The notes under the pieces were generated by a model. That model worked only from the letters and a program-made list of their open reading frames with translations. It did not search any database and was not told where the DNA came from. Below, one piece after another: positions 9,903 through 20,342 of a stretch of DNA of 64,000 nucleotides. Made by a program: the position numbers and the translations under genes. Position 1 is the stretch's first letter, and every line of letters begins with the position of its first letter. This DNA is from Acidobacteriota bacterium (GTDB lineage: Bacteria; Acidobacteriota; Thermoanaerobaculia; Gp7-AA8): assembly GCA_019244185.1 (NCBI GenBank), contig JAFATB010000022.1:352001-416000 (forward strand), given 5' to 3'.

Positions 9903-11222
9903 ATGGCCCTGGCGTTTCTCCCCGACGAGTCGCATCCGATGGTCGACGCGCTGTTGCGCACGCGCGTGCCGCGCTGGCGCGAGCTGAACCGCGCCATCGA
10001 CGAGCGCGACGACATGCTCGACTTCGCGCTGACGCTGCTCGACCACGACCGCGACGCCGCGCTGACGAACTACTTCCAGAACGGCCTCGAACAGTACGAG
10101 CTCGTGAAGCACATCGCCGCGTGGCGCGCGTCGCGGCCGGCGCGCATGCTCGACTTCGCGAGCGGCTACGGGAGGCTCACGCGCTTTCTCGTGCACGAGC
10201 ACCTCGCGGATTCCGTGACCGTCTCGGACATCCTCGAGGGCGGGATGGAGTTTCAGGCGGGGCAGTTCGGCGTGCGAACGATTCTCTCGACGCAGAACCC
10301 CGAGGAGTTCGCGGCGCCGGAGACGTACGACGTCATCTTCGTCGCGTCGCTCTTCACGCATCTGCCGCCGGCGACGTTCACGCGCTGGCTGCGGCGGCTC
10401 GCGCAGTTCCTCACGAAAGACGGCCTGCTGCTCTTCAGCGTGCATGACGAATCGATCGCGCCGGAAGGAGTGGCGGACGGAATCGCGTTCGCGAGCTACA
10501 GCGAGAGCCGCGTGCTCGACGCGAACGACTACGGCTCGACGTGGGTCACGGAGTCGTTCGTGCGCGAGCAGGTGCGCGGCATCGGCGCGGAGTGGGCATG
10601 CGTGCGGTTGCCGCGCGCGCTGAGCGACTGGCAGGACGTCTACGTCGTCTCGCCATCGGCGATCGAGCATCCGCAGCCGCGCCGCGTGCCGAAAGGATTC
10701 ATCGAGCGCGCGGAAGTGGAGAAGGACGGGATTCACTTCGACGGCTGGGCAACGGCGGGGGATGAGGCGCCGGAGCGCGTCGACGTGTGCGTCGACGACG
10801 AGGTCGTCGCGAGCGTCCGGACGTTTCACGCGCGCGCGGACGTCGCGCAGTGGCTCGGCAACGAGACCGCGTCGCATTCGGGCTGGTCGTGCGTCGTGCC
10901 GCATACCGCGGTGCGCTCGTTCCGCTTCCAGACCGCGACGGTGTCGGCGTACTCGCGCGCCGGCGTCGAACGCATCCTCTTTCACGGCACGCTCGACGCG
11001 GCGACCGCGTTCGTCGCGAAGGAACGGGCTCGCGCGCGCGACCAGCAGATCCTCGCGTGCGTGGCCGAGCTCGCGGAGCTGCGCGAGCGGCTCGCGGTGA
11101 CGGCGCACGAACGCGACACGCTTGCCGTCCGCATCGACGCCATGCGCCAGAGCCGCTTCTGGAAAGCGCGCGAGCGGTGGTTCGCGCTCAAGCGCGCGGC
11201 GCGCCTCACCGACGAGGAGTGA
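9903..11222 (+). CDS. Class I SAM methyltransferase with C-terminal coiled coil (glycan-associated type)
   Basis: [22 protein letters not shown]; coiled coil ending SRFWK. Confidence 0.8.
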   Translation: MALAFLPDESHPMVDALLRTRVPRWRELNRAIDERDDMLDFALTLLDHDRDAALTNYFQNGLEQYELVKHIAAWRASRPARMLDFASGYGRLTRFLVHEHLADSVTVSDILEGGMEFQAGQFGVRTILSTQNPEEFAAPETYDVIFVASLFTHLPPATFTRWLRRLAQFLTKDGLLLFSVHDESIAPEGVADGIAFASYSESRVLDANDYGSTWVTESFVREQVRGIGAEWACVRLPRALSDWQDVYVVSPSAIEHPQPRRVPKGFIERAEVEKDGIHFDGWATAGDEAPERVDVCVDDEVVASVRTFHARADVAQWLGNETASHSGWSCVVPHTAVRSFRFQTATVSAYSRAGVERILFHGTLDAATAFVAKERARARDQQILACVAELAELRERLAVTAHERDTLAVRIDAMRQSRFWKARERWFALKRAARLTDEE

Positions 11223-11270
11223 GGCGCAACATTCGCGGCGTGCGGCCGTAGACTCGTGTACGGAGCGGCC

Positions 11271-11621
11271 ATGACCTTTCAGGATGCGATTCGAGTCTGC
11301 CTCACCAAGTACGCGGACTTTTCCGGCACGGCGTCGCGCGCGGAGTACTGGTGGTTCGTGCTGTTCCTGCTCCTCGCGGGATGCGCGGCCTCGGTGCTCG
11401 GCCCGAGCTACTGCTCGATCTTCCTGATCGGGATGCTGCTGCCGCTGCTCGCCGCCGGCACGCGCCGTCTGCGCGAGACGGGGCGCAGCGGCTGGTGGCA
11501 GCTGATGGGACTCGTGCCGTTCGCGGGGCTGATCATCCTCGCGGTGCTGCTGGCGGAGGCGCCGCGGCCTTTCCCCGCGCTCGAGCAGGCGACGCCGGAT
11601 CAGCCGGCGGCGAGCGTCTGA
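11271..11621 (+). CDS. DUF805 inner membrane protein
   Basis: [29 protein letters not shown]. Confidence 0.9.
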   Translation: MTFQDAIRVCLTKYADFSGTASRAEYWWFVLFLLLAGCAASVLGPSYCSIFLIGMLLPLLAAGTRRLRETGRSGWWQLMGLVPFAGLIILAVLLAEAPRPFPALEQATPDQPAASV

Positions 11622-12436
11622 CGTTCGCGCGGGCGGCCGTGCGGCAACGCGTCGCGCATCCGCGCCATCGCGTGGACGTAGTCGTCGTACGTCGTGATCT
11701 CGTTCGCGAGCACGACGCGGCGCGCGATCGCGACCGCGCGGGCATTGTCCTTCGACACGCGGCTTTCCAGCCGGTCGAACAGCGCCACCAGACGCGCTTT
11801 CATCGCGCGGATGTGCAGCAGCTGCGCGGAAAGCCCGCGATCGTGGAGGCGCCATTCCGCCACGACGTCGCTGACGCTCCACACGCGCGGATGCCGATCG
11901 GCGATGCGCAGCCAGGCCGACCAGTCGTCGAAGTGGCTCGCCTCCGCGTCGAAGCCGCCGATCGCGCGCAACAGTTCCGTGCGCGCGAGCACCGCGTTCA
12001 CGTGCGGGTTGCACGTCAGCACATCGCTGAAGCTGACCGGCCCGTCTGATACGATGTGCGTCGGTACGGCATCCAATGTCGCCGGCGCTCTGCCCACGAC
12101 GCGTCGCGTCATGCCGAAACAAAGAGCGGCGCCGGAACGGCGCGCCGCGCGGAGCAGGGTCGCGATCCGATGCGGCAACGCGACGTCGTCGTCATCGAGG
12201 AAGATGATGAACGTGCCGCGGGCCGCCGCGAGTCCGGCATTGCGCGCGTATGCGACGCCGCGCGATTCGCCTCGCACGATGCGGAGATCGGCTCCGGCTC
12301 CCGCGAAATCGCCGCCGTCGTCGACGATCACGATTTCGAGATCGCGATGCGTCTCCGCGCGCAGCGACGCCACGGCCTCGTGCACGTGGAGCGGACGCAC
12401 GTGGGTCGTGATGACGGCTGTGACTTCGGGAGGCAA
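11600..12436 (-). CDS. Glycosyltransferase family 2
   Basis: IVIVDDG, ARNAG, FLDDDD, GGFD; TTG start uncertain. Confidence 0.88.
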   Translation of the reverse strand: MPPEVTAVITTHVRPLHVHEAVASLRAETHRDLEIVIVDDGGDFAGAGADLRIVRGESRGVAYARNAGLAAARGTFIIFLDDDDVALPHRIATLLRAARRSGAALCFGMTRRVVGRAPATLDAVPTHIVSDGPVSFSDVLTCNPHVNAVLARTELLRAIGGFDAEASHFDDWSAWLRIADRHPRVWSVSDVVAEWRLHDRGLSAQLLHIRAMKARLVALFDRLESRVSKDNARAVAIARRVVLANEITTYDDYVHAMARMRDALPHGRPRERQTLAAG

Positions 12437-12476
12437 GCGGCGCGGTCACGATAGCAGATCGCACTAGAATGCCCGC

Positions 12477-12914
12477 ATGCGCCCGCACTTCGTGCTGCTC
12501 CCGCTGCTGCTCTCGCTCTTCGCGTGCAAGTCGGCGCCGGTCGCGACGAACGCCAGTCGTCCCGAGATCGTGATGCAGGCGCAGAACACGCTCTTCTTCG
12601 GCAGCGGGAACACGGCGGCGCTCAGCGTCGCGGTCGGCTTCACGAACCGCGCGAAGGACGCGATCAAGGTCAACGCGGTCCGCCTCGATCCGGGCCTCAT
12701 GACCGAATACAGCGTCTATCCGCTCGAGCGCTTCGTGAACGTCACGCTGCAGCCGGGCGAATCGCAGGCGGTCGTGCTGAACATGACCGCGTACACGAAC
12801 CAGCGCCGGCTGATGCACGACGAGCCGCTCTCGCTGCGCGCCACCGTCGACTACACGCAGGGCGGGAAGCGCTACCGCGAGCGCTACTACGACGTGAATG
12901 TGAGCTCGCGGTGA
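12477..12914 (+). CDS. Lipoprotein, hypothetical
   Basis: Lipobox LFAC; TAGAAT 6 nt before ATG. Confidence 0.75.
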   Translation: MRPHFVLLPLLLSLFACKSAPVATNASRPEIVMQAQNTLFFGSGNTAALSVAVGFTNRAKDAIKVNAVRLDPGLMTEYSVYPLERFVNVTLQPGESQAVVLNMTAYTNQRRLMHDEPLSLRATVDYTQGGKRYRERYYDVNVSSR

Positions 12915-12936
12915 CGCGATCCGCGACCCGAACCGC

Positions 12937-12962
12937 GAACCTGCCGCCGCATCCTCCGTATC
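12937..12962 (+). promoter_or_regulatory. Putative ECF sigma promoter (GAAC-N16-CGTA) for ABC efflux operon
   Basis: gaacctgccgccgcatcctccgtatc directly upstream of ATG 12973. Confidence 0.4.
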
Positions 12963-12972
12963 AACGTCCGAC

Positions 12973-14205
12973 ATGAAGCGCCGCACGAAGATCCTCATCA
13001 CCGTCGCCGTCGTCATCCTTCTCGGCGGCATCACCGCCGCCTCACTGCTCAGCCGCGGCAAGGAAGGCACGCCCGTGGCCTTCGGCAAGACCGCGACGAT
13101 GGACCTCGTCAGCAAGGTCACGGCGAACGGCCGCATCGACGCGAAGCGCAAGGTCGATCTCTCCGCGAACGTGATGGGGCAGATCGTCAACCTCGCCGTG
13201 CGCGAGGGCGACGTCGTGAAGAAGGACGACTTCCTCCTGCAGATCGACCAGAAGCAGCTCGCCGCGTCGGCCGAAGGCGCGGCCGCGTCGATGCGCGCCC
13301 TCTTCTCCGACCGCGACGCCGCGCGCACGACGCTCGACATCACCCAGCGCGACTACGACCGCGCGCGGCGCAACTACGACGAGAAGATCATCCCGCTGGC
13401 CGACCTCGAGCGCGCGCGCAGCTCCGTCGACACCGCCCGCGCCAACGTCACCGCCATCGAGCAGCGCATCCAGCAGTCGCGCGCGAACCTCACCGCCGCG
13501 CGCGACACGCTCTCGAAGACCACCATGCGCGCGCCGATGGCCGGCATCATCACCGCCCTGCCGGTCGAGGAAGGGGAGGTGGCCGTCATCGGCACGATGA
13601 ACAACGCCGGCACGAAGCTCCTCACCATCGCCGACATGAGCGTCGTCGAGGCGGTCATGGAAGTCGACGAGACCGACATCCCGTCCGTGCGCGTCGGTCA
13701 GCGCGCCACCGTGACGATCGATGCATATCCAAACAAAACGTGGTCCGGCATCGTCACCGAAGTCGGCTCCAGCCCGATCACGCGCACGGGACTCTCGACG
13801 AGCAGCGAGGCCGTCAACTTCGAGGTGAAGATCCAGCTCGAACATCCGCCCGCCGACGTGCGCCCCGGCTTTTCCGCGAGCGCCGACATCATCACCGGCA
13901 CGCGCGCGAAGACGCTGGCCATCCCGATCCAGGCGCTGGTCGTGCGCGAGAAGCCGGGCAGCACGCCCGGCAAGTCGCAGGACGAAGAAGGCGTCTTCGT
14001 CGTGAAAGACGGCAAGGCGCAGTTCGTCCCCGTGACCACCGGCCTCGCCGGCGAGTCCGACATCGAGATCACCAGCGGCCTGAAGGCGGGCACGACGATC
14101 ATCACCGGCCCGTTCCGCGCGCTGCGCGAGCTCAAAGACGGCGAGAAGGTGCGCGAGCAGAAGGAAGAGAAGACGACGGGCGACAAGAGCGCGGAGAAGA
14201 AATAG
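12973..14205 (+). CDS. Efflux periplasmic adaptor (MacA/YknX-like MFP)
   Basis: N-terminal TM, lipoyl/barrel motifs VREGDVVKK, APMAG, VDETDI. Confidence 0.92.
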   Translation: MKRRTKILITVAVVILLGGITAASLLSRGKEGTPVAFGKTATMDLVSKVTANGRIDAKRKVDLSANVMGQIVNLAVREGDVVKKDDFLLQIDQKQLAASAEGAAASMRALFSDRDAARTTLDITQRDYDRARRNYDEKIIPLADLERARSSVDTARANVTAIEQRIQQSRANLTAARDTLSKTTMRAPMAGIITALPVEEGEVAVIGTMNNAGTKLLTIADMSVVEAVMEVDETDIPSVRVGQRATVTIDAYPNKTWSGIVTEVGSSPITRTGLSTSSEAVNFEVKIQLEHPPADVRPGFSASADIITGTRAKTLAIPIQALVVREKPGSTPGKSQDEEGVFVVKDGKAQFVPVTTGLAGESDIEITSGLKAGTTIITGPFRALRELKDGEKVREQKEEKTTGDKSAEKK

Positions 14206-15416
14206 TGGAGACGCTCCGCATCGCCGCCACCGCCCTGCGCGCGCATACGCTGCGCAGCTTCCTCACGCTCCTCGGCGTGATCATCGGCGTGATGACGGTG
14301 GTCACCGTCGTGGCCATCATCTCGGGGCTCAACGACTACATCTCCGAGAAAGTCTTCCAGCTCAACCCCGACGTCTACGCCGTGACGCAGTACGGCATCA
14401 TCATGAGCCGCGAGCAGTGGCTCGAGGCGCTGAAGCGGAAGAAGATCACGGTCAGCGACTTCAACGCGGTGCGTGCGCGCTGCTCGCGCTGCGATGCGGT
14501 CGGCGCGTCGAACTCGACGCAGACGACGGTCAAGCGCGGCGCGCACCGGCTCGACGGCGTGCGCGTCAACGGCGCGACCGAGAACATGGCCGAGATTAAC
14601 AATCTCGACCTCGAGGCGGGCCGCTTCTACACGGCATCCGAGGAGCAGCGGTCGGCGCTGGTGACGGTCATTGGATCGGACGTGCGCGATGAGCTCTTCG
14701 GCAAGCTCGATCCGATCGGACGCACGATCTGGATCGCCAATCAGCCGATGCGCGTCATCGGCCTGCTCGCGAAGCAAGGCTCGGTGCTCGGACGCAGCCG
14801 CGACAACCAGCTGTACATCCCTTTGTCGTCGTGGCGGAAGCGCTTCGGCTCGCGCGACAGCATGGACCTCTTCGTGCGCGCGCGCGGCGGCATCGGCGGA
14901 CTCGAAGCCTCCATGGATGAAGTGCGGCTGATCATCCGCGGGCGGCGCAGAACCGCGTTCCGCGGCGACGATCCGTTCGCGGTCGTGACCGCGGAGGCGC
15001 TGCAGATGGTGTGGAAGAGCATCTCCGCGGGACTCTTCTCGCTGATGATCTTCATCTCCGGGATCTCGCTCGTCGTCGGCGGCATCGTGATCATGAACAT
15101 CATGCTGGTCTCCGTCGTCGAGCGGACGCGCGAGATCGGCGTGCGCCGCGCGATCGGCGCGACTCGCCGCAACATCCAACTGCAGTTTCTCAGCGAGGCC
15201 ATCCTCCTCTCCCTCGGCGGCGGCATTCTCGGCGTGCTCCTCGGCGTCGGGATCGCCAAGAGCATCTCCACGTTCGGCCCGCTGCCGACGCTCGTGCGCC
15301 CGATGCTGGTCGTGGCCGGCCTCGGCATCGCCGTCGTCACCGGCGCGCTCGCGGGCTTCGTCCCGGCGCTGCGCGCCGCAAAGCTGCCGCCGATCGAAGC
15401 GCTGAGGTTCGAATGA
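14205..15416 (+). CDS. ABC transporter permease (MacB/FtsX family)
   Basis: RSFLTLLGVIIGV; GGIVIMNIMLVSVVERTREIGVRRAIGA. Confidence 0.93.
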   Translation: METLRIAATALRAHTLRSFLTLLGVIIGVMTVVTVVAIISGLNDYISEKVFQLNPDVYAVTQYGIIMSREQWLEALKRKKITVSDFNAVRARCSRCDAVGASNSTQTTVKRGAHRLDGVRVNGATENMAEINNLDLEAGRFYTASEEQRSALVTVIGSDVRDELFGKLDPIGRTIWIANQPMRVIGLLAKQGSVLGRSRDNQLYIPLSSWRKRFGSRDSMDLFVRARGGIGGLEASMDEVRLIIRGRRRTAFRGDDPFAVVTAEALQMVWKSISAGLFSLMIFISGISLVVGGIVIMNIMLVSVVERTREIGVRRAIGATRRNIQLQFLSEAILLSLGGGILGVLLGVGIAKSISTFGPLPTLVRPMLVVAGLGIAVVTGALAGFVPALRAAKLPPIEALRFE

Positions 15417-16681
15417 TGCGACGTGAGGCACTGGCATCCACCGTCGAGAACGTGCGCTTCGCGCGCATCGCCCTCGCCGCGCACAAACTGCGCTCGTCGC
15501 TGACCGTGCTCGGCATCGTCATCGGCGTGACCACCGTCATCGCGATGGTGTCGATCATCGAAGGCTTCAACAACAACGTCGTGAAGAATTTCCAGTCGTT
15601 CGGCGCGACGCTCGTGCAGTTCCAGAAATACGACCCGCGCTTCGTCAACCCCTCGCGCGACGAGTCGCAGCGGCTGCGCAAGAACCTCACGTACGAAGAC
15701 GCGCTCGCGCTCAAGCGCCTCTGCCCGTCGATGCTCGCGGTCTCGGCCGAGCGCTACATCTGGTCCGGCGAGGAGACCTCGATCGACATCGGCTACGGCG
15801 GCGAGGTGGCCACGCCCGACGGCCTGATCGGGACGACGCAGGACTATCCGATCGCGAACAACCACTTCGTCGGCGAGGGGCGCTTTTTCGGCGAGGCGGA
15901 CGTGCGCCGCTCCGGCGCGGTGCTGGTGCTCGGACGCGGGCTCGCGGACACGCTCTTTCCGCGCACCGATCCCCTCGGCAAAGTGGTCAGCATCTACGGC
16001 CGCAAATACCTCGTCATCGGCGTGATGGAGAAGCAGGGCGCGACGATGTTCGAGTCCACCGACTCGCACGCGTACATCCCGCTGACGACGTTCGACAACC
16101 ACTTCCCGTGGGTGAAGCGCGACCGCGGCGTGAACATCGCCACCGTGCCGCGCAAGCCGGAGTGGGTCGACCGCGTCATCGACGAAGGCACCGCGGTGCT
16201 GCGCGCGCGCCGCCGCGTGCCGTTCAACAAGCCGAACGACTTCGGGATCATGACGCCCGACAAGCTGATCGGAAACTTCCGCGCGATCACCGGCGGCATC
16301 ACGCTGGCCATGATCTTCATCTCGTCGATCGCGCTGCTCGTCGGCGGCGTCGGCGTGATGAACATCATGCTGGTCTCGGTGACCGAGCGCACGCGCGAGA
16401 TCGGCCTGCGCAAAGCGATCGGCGCCGTGCGCCGCGACATCGTGCAGCAGTTTCTCACCGAGGCGATGACGCTGTCGGGCGTGGGCGGCGTGATCGGGAT
16501 CCTGCTCGGACTGGCCATCGCCGCGATCGTGCGCGCGATCAGTCCGTTGCCGACGACGACGCCGGTGTGGTCGATCGTGGTCGGCCTCGTGGTGTCGATC
16601 TCGATCGGGCTGTTCTTCGGGATTTATCCCGCGTACAAGGCCGCGCGGCTCGATCCGGTCGACGCGTTGCGCTACGAATAG
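15413..16681 (+). CDS. ABC transporter permease (MacB/FtsX family)
   Basis: GGVGVMNIMLVSVTERTREIGLRKAIGA; LDPVDALRYE. Confidence 0.93.
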   Translation: MMRREALASTVENVRFARIALAAHKLRSSLTVLGIVIGVTTVIAMVSIIEGFNNNVVKNFQSFGATLVQFQKYDPRFVNPSRDESQRLRKNLTYEDALALKRLCPSMLAVSAERYIWSGEETSIDIGYGGEVATPDGLIGTTQDYPIANNHFVGEGRFFGEADVRRSGAVLVLGRGLADTLFPRTDPLGKVVSIYGRKYLVIGVMEKQGATMFESTDSHAYIPLTTFDNHFPWVKRDRGVNIATVPRKPEWVDRVIDEGTAVLRARRRVPFNKPNDFGIMTPDKLIGNFRAITGGITLAMIFISSIALLVGGVGVMNIMLVSVTERTREIGLRKAIGAVRRDIVQQFLTEAMTLSGVGGVIGILLGLAIAAIVRAISPLPTTTPVWSIVVGLVVSISIGLFFGIYPAYKAARLDPVDALRYE

Positions 16682-16707
16682 CCGGGCCCGGTCGTATAAT
16701 CTCCTTC

Positions 16708-18273
16708 ATGCCACAATTCCGGTTCAAGATCGCGAGCGATCCTCGCGAGCTGGAGCAGATTCATGCGCTGAATTACCGCACGTTCGTCGAGGAGATCCCG
16801 CAGCATTCGCCGAACTCCGACGGACGACTCGTCGATCGCTTCCACGACGAGAACGTGTACGCGATCTCGCTGAGCGGCGAGCGCGTCGTGGGCATGCTCG
16901 CCATCCGCGAGCAGCGCCCGTTCTCGCTCGATCAGAAGCTCGGCAACATCGATGACTTTCTGCCCGCCGTCCGCAAGCCGTGCGAGGTGCGGCTGCTCGC
17001 GGTGGAGAAGGAACATCGCACCGGGCCGGTGCTGCCGGGGCTTCTGTCGGTGCTCTGGGAGCACGCGCACGCGCGGCAGTTCGACTGCGCGGTGATCTCG
17101 GCGACGACGCGCCAGCTGAAGCTCTACGGCCACCTCGGGTTCGTCCCGTTCGGACAGCTCGTCGGCACGGAGGAGGCGGCGTTCCAGCCGATGTACATCA
17201 CGCGCGAGCGGTTCCTGGAGAACGCGCGTGCGCTGCAGCTCGCGCCGGCGGCGCGCGAGGCGACGGTCAACCTGTTGACCGGTCCGGTGGCGTTGCACGC
17301 GGACGTCGCCGCGGCGCTGCGCCGCGCGCCGGAAGGACATCGCTCGCAGGCGTTCCTCGCGGACATGGACGCGCTGCGCACCAGCCTCCGCGCGCTGACG
17401 CGCGCGCCGCACGTGGCCGTGCTCCTCGGTAGCGGCACGCTCGCGAACGACGTCGTCGCCGCGCAGCTCTCGCGGCTCGACACGCGCGGCCTCGTCGTCA
17501 GCAACGGCGAGTTCGGCGAGCGGCTCGCGGATCAGGCGCGCCGGGCGCGGCTCGACTGCGAGCACCTGCGCTTCGACTGGAGCGTGCCGCTCGATCTCGA
17601 CGCCATCGCGAAACGCGACTTCGACTGGCTGTGGATGACGGCCTGCGAGACGTCGACGGCGATGCTGAACGATGTCGCCGCGCTCGGCGCCCTGTGCCGC
17701 GCGCGCGGCGCGAAGCTCTGCCTCGACGCGGTCAGCGCGATCGGCGCGGTGCCGCTCGATCTCTCGCATGTCTATCTCGCCAGCGGCACGAGCGGCAAAG
17801 CGTTCGCGTCCGCGCCCGGACTCGCGCTCGTCTTCCACGACCACGACGTCGAGCCGGCGCAGGAGCTCCCGCGCTATCTCGACCTCGGGCTCTATGTCCG
17901 CGAAGACAGCGTGCCGTTCACGCATTCGTCGAATCTCGTGCGCGCGCTGCGCGTCGCCGTCGAGCGCGTCGACTGGCCGCGTCGTTACGCGGAGCTCGCG
18001 TCGATGGGCCGCTGGCTGCGCTCGCGGGTCGCGGCAAGCGGCTGGAGGGTTCTCGGTAAGGACGCCGCCGCCGCGCCGCACGTCGTCACGCTCGCGCTGC
18101 CGCCGGAGGTCGACGCCGCGCGGTTCGCGCGCGTGCTCGAGGCGCGCGGCTTTCTCATCGGCCACGCCAGCGGCTATCTCCGCGCGCGCAACTGGATCCA
18201 GCTCGCGTGGATGGGGGAGGTCACGCGCGACGACCTGCAACGCGCGCTGCGCGAGCTCCGGCGCGTGTCATGA
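16708..18273 (+). CDS. Fusion: GNAT-fold N-acyltransferase (FeeM/LuxI-like) + class V PLP aminotransferase-fold domain
   Basis: N-term CEVRLLAV..KLYGHLGFVPFG; C-term LLTGPV, GSGT, CETST, LDAVS, SGK (PLP Lys); TATAAT 7 nt upstream. Confidence 0.8.
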   Translation: MPQFRFKIASDPRELEQIHALNYRTFVEEIPQHSPNSDGRLVDRFHDENVYAISLSGERVVGMLAIREQRPFSLDQKLGNIDDFLPAVRKPCEVRLLAVEKEHRTGPVLPGLLSVLWEHAHARQFDCAVISATTRQLKLYGHLGFVPFGQLVGTEEAAFQPMYITRERFLENARALQLAPAAREATVNLLTGPVALHADVAAALRRAPEGHRSQAFLADMDALRTSLRALTRAPHVAVLLGSGTLANDVVAAQLSRLDTRGLVVSNGEFGERLADQARRARLDCEHLRFDWSVPLDLDAIAKRDFDWLWMTACETSTAMLNDVAALGALCRARGAKLCLDAVSAIGAVPLDLSHVYLASGTSGKAFASAPGLALVFHDHDVEPAQELPRYLDLGLYVREDSVPFTHSSNLVRALRVAVERVDWPRRYAELASMGRWLRSRVAASGWRVLGKDAAAAPHVVTLALPPEVDAARFARVLEARGFLIGHASGYLRARNWIQLAWMGEVTRDDLQRALRELRRVS

Positions 18274-19091
18274 GCGCCGCGCTTCTGCGCAGTCGCCACG
18301 CGGCGTGGCTCACGCACGGCAGCGCCGCCGTGATGACCGTCGCGCTCTTCGCGCTGCTGCTGCGCGTGCCGTTCGCGTACGCGTTCGTGCCGGCGGTGCT
18401 CCTGACGCACCGCATCGGCGTGATGATGCACGAGTACATCCACGGCATCCCGTTCCGCCGCTACGCGAACTGCCTGCGCGTGCTGGCGTTCTTCGACGGC
18501 GTCATGCTGATGTTCGGCCTGCTCGAGCTCTTCCGCGCCACGCATCTCTCGCATCACCGCTGGCTCAACGGCGAAGGCGACTCGGCCTTCGACAACGCGC
18601 GCGTGAAGCGCCATCCGAACCGCGTGCTCGGCGCGCTGCTCGCGCTCGAGGTCACGCAGCATCTGAAGTTCTACTGGGAAGCGCTGCACGGCAAGCATCC
18701 CTTCGCGCGCCCGCGCCGCATCGCGTTCTGCTTCGCCTGGAGCTGCTGCTGCATCGCCGCGTGGTGTCTCATCGGACGCGCGGATATCGTCTGGAAGCTG
18801 CTGTTGCTGACCGCGTTCACGACCAGCGTGCCGGTCTCGCTGCGCGGTGCCGTCGAGCATCACGCCGAGCCGGGACACGACGGATTCGCGAACGAGTACC
18901 GCACGCTCATCCCGCTCTTCAACCTCAACCGCCACATCCACCATCACGAGCAGCCGGCGCTGCCGTGGTACCTGCTCGAGTTCCGCACGCCGGAGCCGCT
19001 GCATCCGAGGCACTACTACACGTATTGGTTCCGGACGTATGTGCGCAAGGAGCTCGTGCTGATGCAGCCGATGCAACGCGCGCGGAGGTAG
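18270..19091 (+). CDS. Membrane fatty acid desaturase-family di-iron enzyme
   Basis: His boxes HEYIH, HLSHH, HIHHH; ATGA overlap with upstream gene. Confidence 0.88.
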   Translation: MSAALLRSRHAAWLTHGSAAVMTVALFALLLRVPFAYAFVPAVLLTHRIGVMMHEYIHGIPFRRYANCLRVLAFFDGVMLMFGLLELFRATHLSHHRWLNGEGDSAFDNARVKRHPNRVLGALLALEVTQHLKFYWEALHGKHPFARPRRIAFCFAWSCCCIAAWCLIGRADIVWKLLLLTAFTTSVPVSLRGAVEHHAEPGHDGFANEYRTLIPLFNLNRHIHHHEQPALPWYLLEFRTPEPLHPRHYYTYWFRTYVRKELVLMQPMQRARR

Positions 19092-19121
19092 GGAAACGGC
19101 GCGAATCCCACTCTCCTCAGC

Positions 19122-20342
19122 ATGGGACTCGCGCTCGCCGTCGACGCGCCGCCGCCATCCACCGTGCCGGTGGAGGTGGCGGGATACTTCATCGATACCA
19201 CCAGCGGCTCGCCGCTCCACCGCATCACGCACTTTCAGACGGGGCAGACGTTCGTGCTCGTCCGCGCGTACCTCATCGCCGTCGCTGTGACGTACGTGCC
19301 GCTCGCGCTCGCGGCGCTGCTCGGCCCCGCGCCGATCGGCGCGCCGAGTGCCAGCGTGCGCCTGCCGTTTCTCTACGACTGGAACATCATCTTCACGTTC
19401 CTCGTGTCGTTCCCGGCGGTGATCGTCTACACGATCTCCGATCACGCCGCGCTGTCGGCGGCGCTCTCGAGCATCCAGCAGGACGGCATCCTGATCGTGC
19501 CTGAGGCGGAGGCGCGGAAGCTCAGCCGCGTGTGGGGGCCGCGCTTCCGGCGCATCAACCAGCTCTCGCTCGTCGCCGGCGCGCTGGTCGGCCTCGCGCT
19601 GATCGTCGGCAACATCCACGCGTACAGCCAGCCCGGCGTCGGCTTCTGGGTCGACTTCAGCGACCGCCGCCCCGGCGCGCTGCTCGTCGGCTGCGCGTTC
19701 CTCTACTGCATCGTGACGGTCTACTTCTCGATGATCGTCTTCGTCTTCCGCAGCATCGCCATCGCGTTCTTCCTCAACGACGTCGTCGACGACGCGCAGC
19801 TGCGCATGGTGCCGTTCCATCCCGATCACTGCGGCGGCCTGCGCCCGGTCGGCCGCTTCGGACTGCGCAACCAGTACGTCCTCAGCATCCTCGGCTTCAA
19901 CGTGGTGCTGCTCCTCGGCGTGACGGTCAGCTACTTGACCATTCCGTCGTCGCTCTTCGCGCTCATCACCGGCGCCGCGCTGGCGTACCTGATCCTCGGC
20001 CCGCTCGTCTTCATGGGGCCGCTGCTGTCGTTCCGCACCGGCATGGTGCGCACGAAGGGCGAGCTGATGGGGGAGATCGCACAGCGCCTCCGCCGCGAGC
20101 TGCAGCGCCTGCGCAAGGAGCTGCCGTCCGGCGAGATCACGCGCGACGACGAGGAGCTCATCGACCGCCTGCGCAAGGTGGGCGGGGTGATCGACGAGCT
20201 GCCGGTCTGGCCGTTCGATGCGAACACGCTGCGCCGCTTTCTCACCGCGTACGTCACGCCGCTTCTCGGCGCGCTCGCCGTGCCGCTGCTCGACAAAGCT
20301 TGGGACGTCGTGCTGTCCGTCGTGAAGATCAGCGCCTCGTGA
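19122..20342 (+). CDS. Polytopic membrane protein, uncharacterised
   Basis: About 7 hydrophobic segments; HPDHCGGL and PVWPF motifs; host-like codon use. Confidence 0.75.
   Translation: MGLALAVDAPPPSTVPVEVAGYFIDTTSGSPLHRITHFQTGQTFVLVRAYLIAVAVTYVPLALAALLGPAPIGAPSASVRLPFLYDWNIIFTFLVSFPAVIVYTISDHAALSAALSSIQQDGILIVPEAEARKLSRVWGPRFRRINQLSLVAGALVGLALIVGNIHAYSQPGVGFWVDFSDRRPGALLVGCAFLYCIVTVYFSMIVFVFRSIAIAFFLNDVVDDAQLRMVPFHPDHCGGLRPVGRFGLRNQYVLSILGFNVVLLLGVTVSYLTIPSSLFALITGAALAYLILGPLVFMGPLLSFRTGMVRTKGELMGEIAQRLRRELQRLRKELPSGEITRDDEELIDRLRKVGGVIDELPVWPFDANTLRRFLTAYVTPLLGALAVPLLDKAWDVVLSVVKISAS

Noticed and set aside
8616-12122. 1168-aa dipeptidase, 861-aa LysRS and 778-aa PPTase as apparent fusions
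   Set aside because: The N-terminal extensions are open shadow frames over other genes; true starts are 9866, 41554 and 22066
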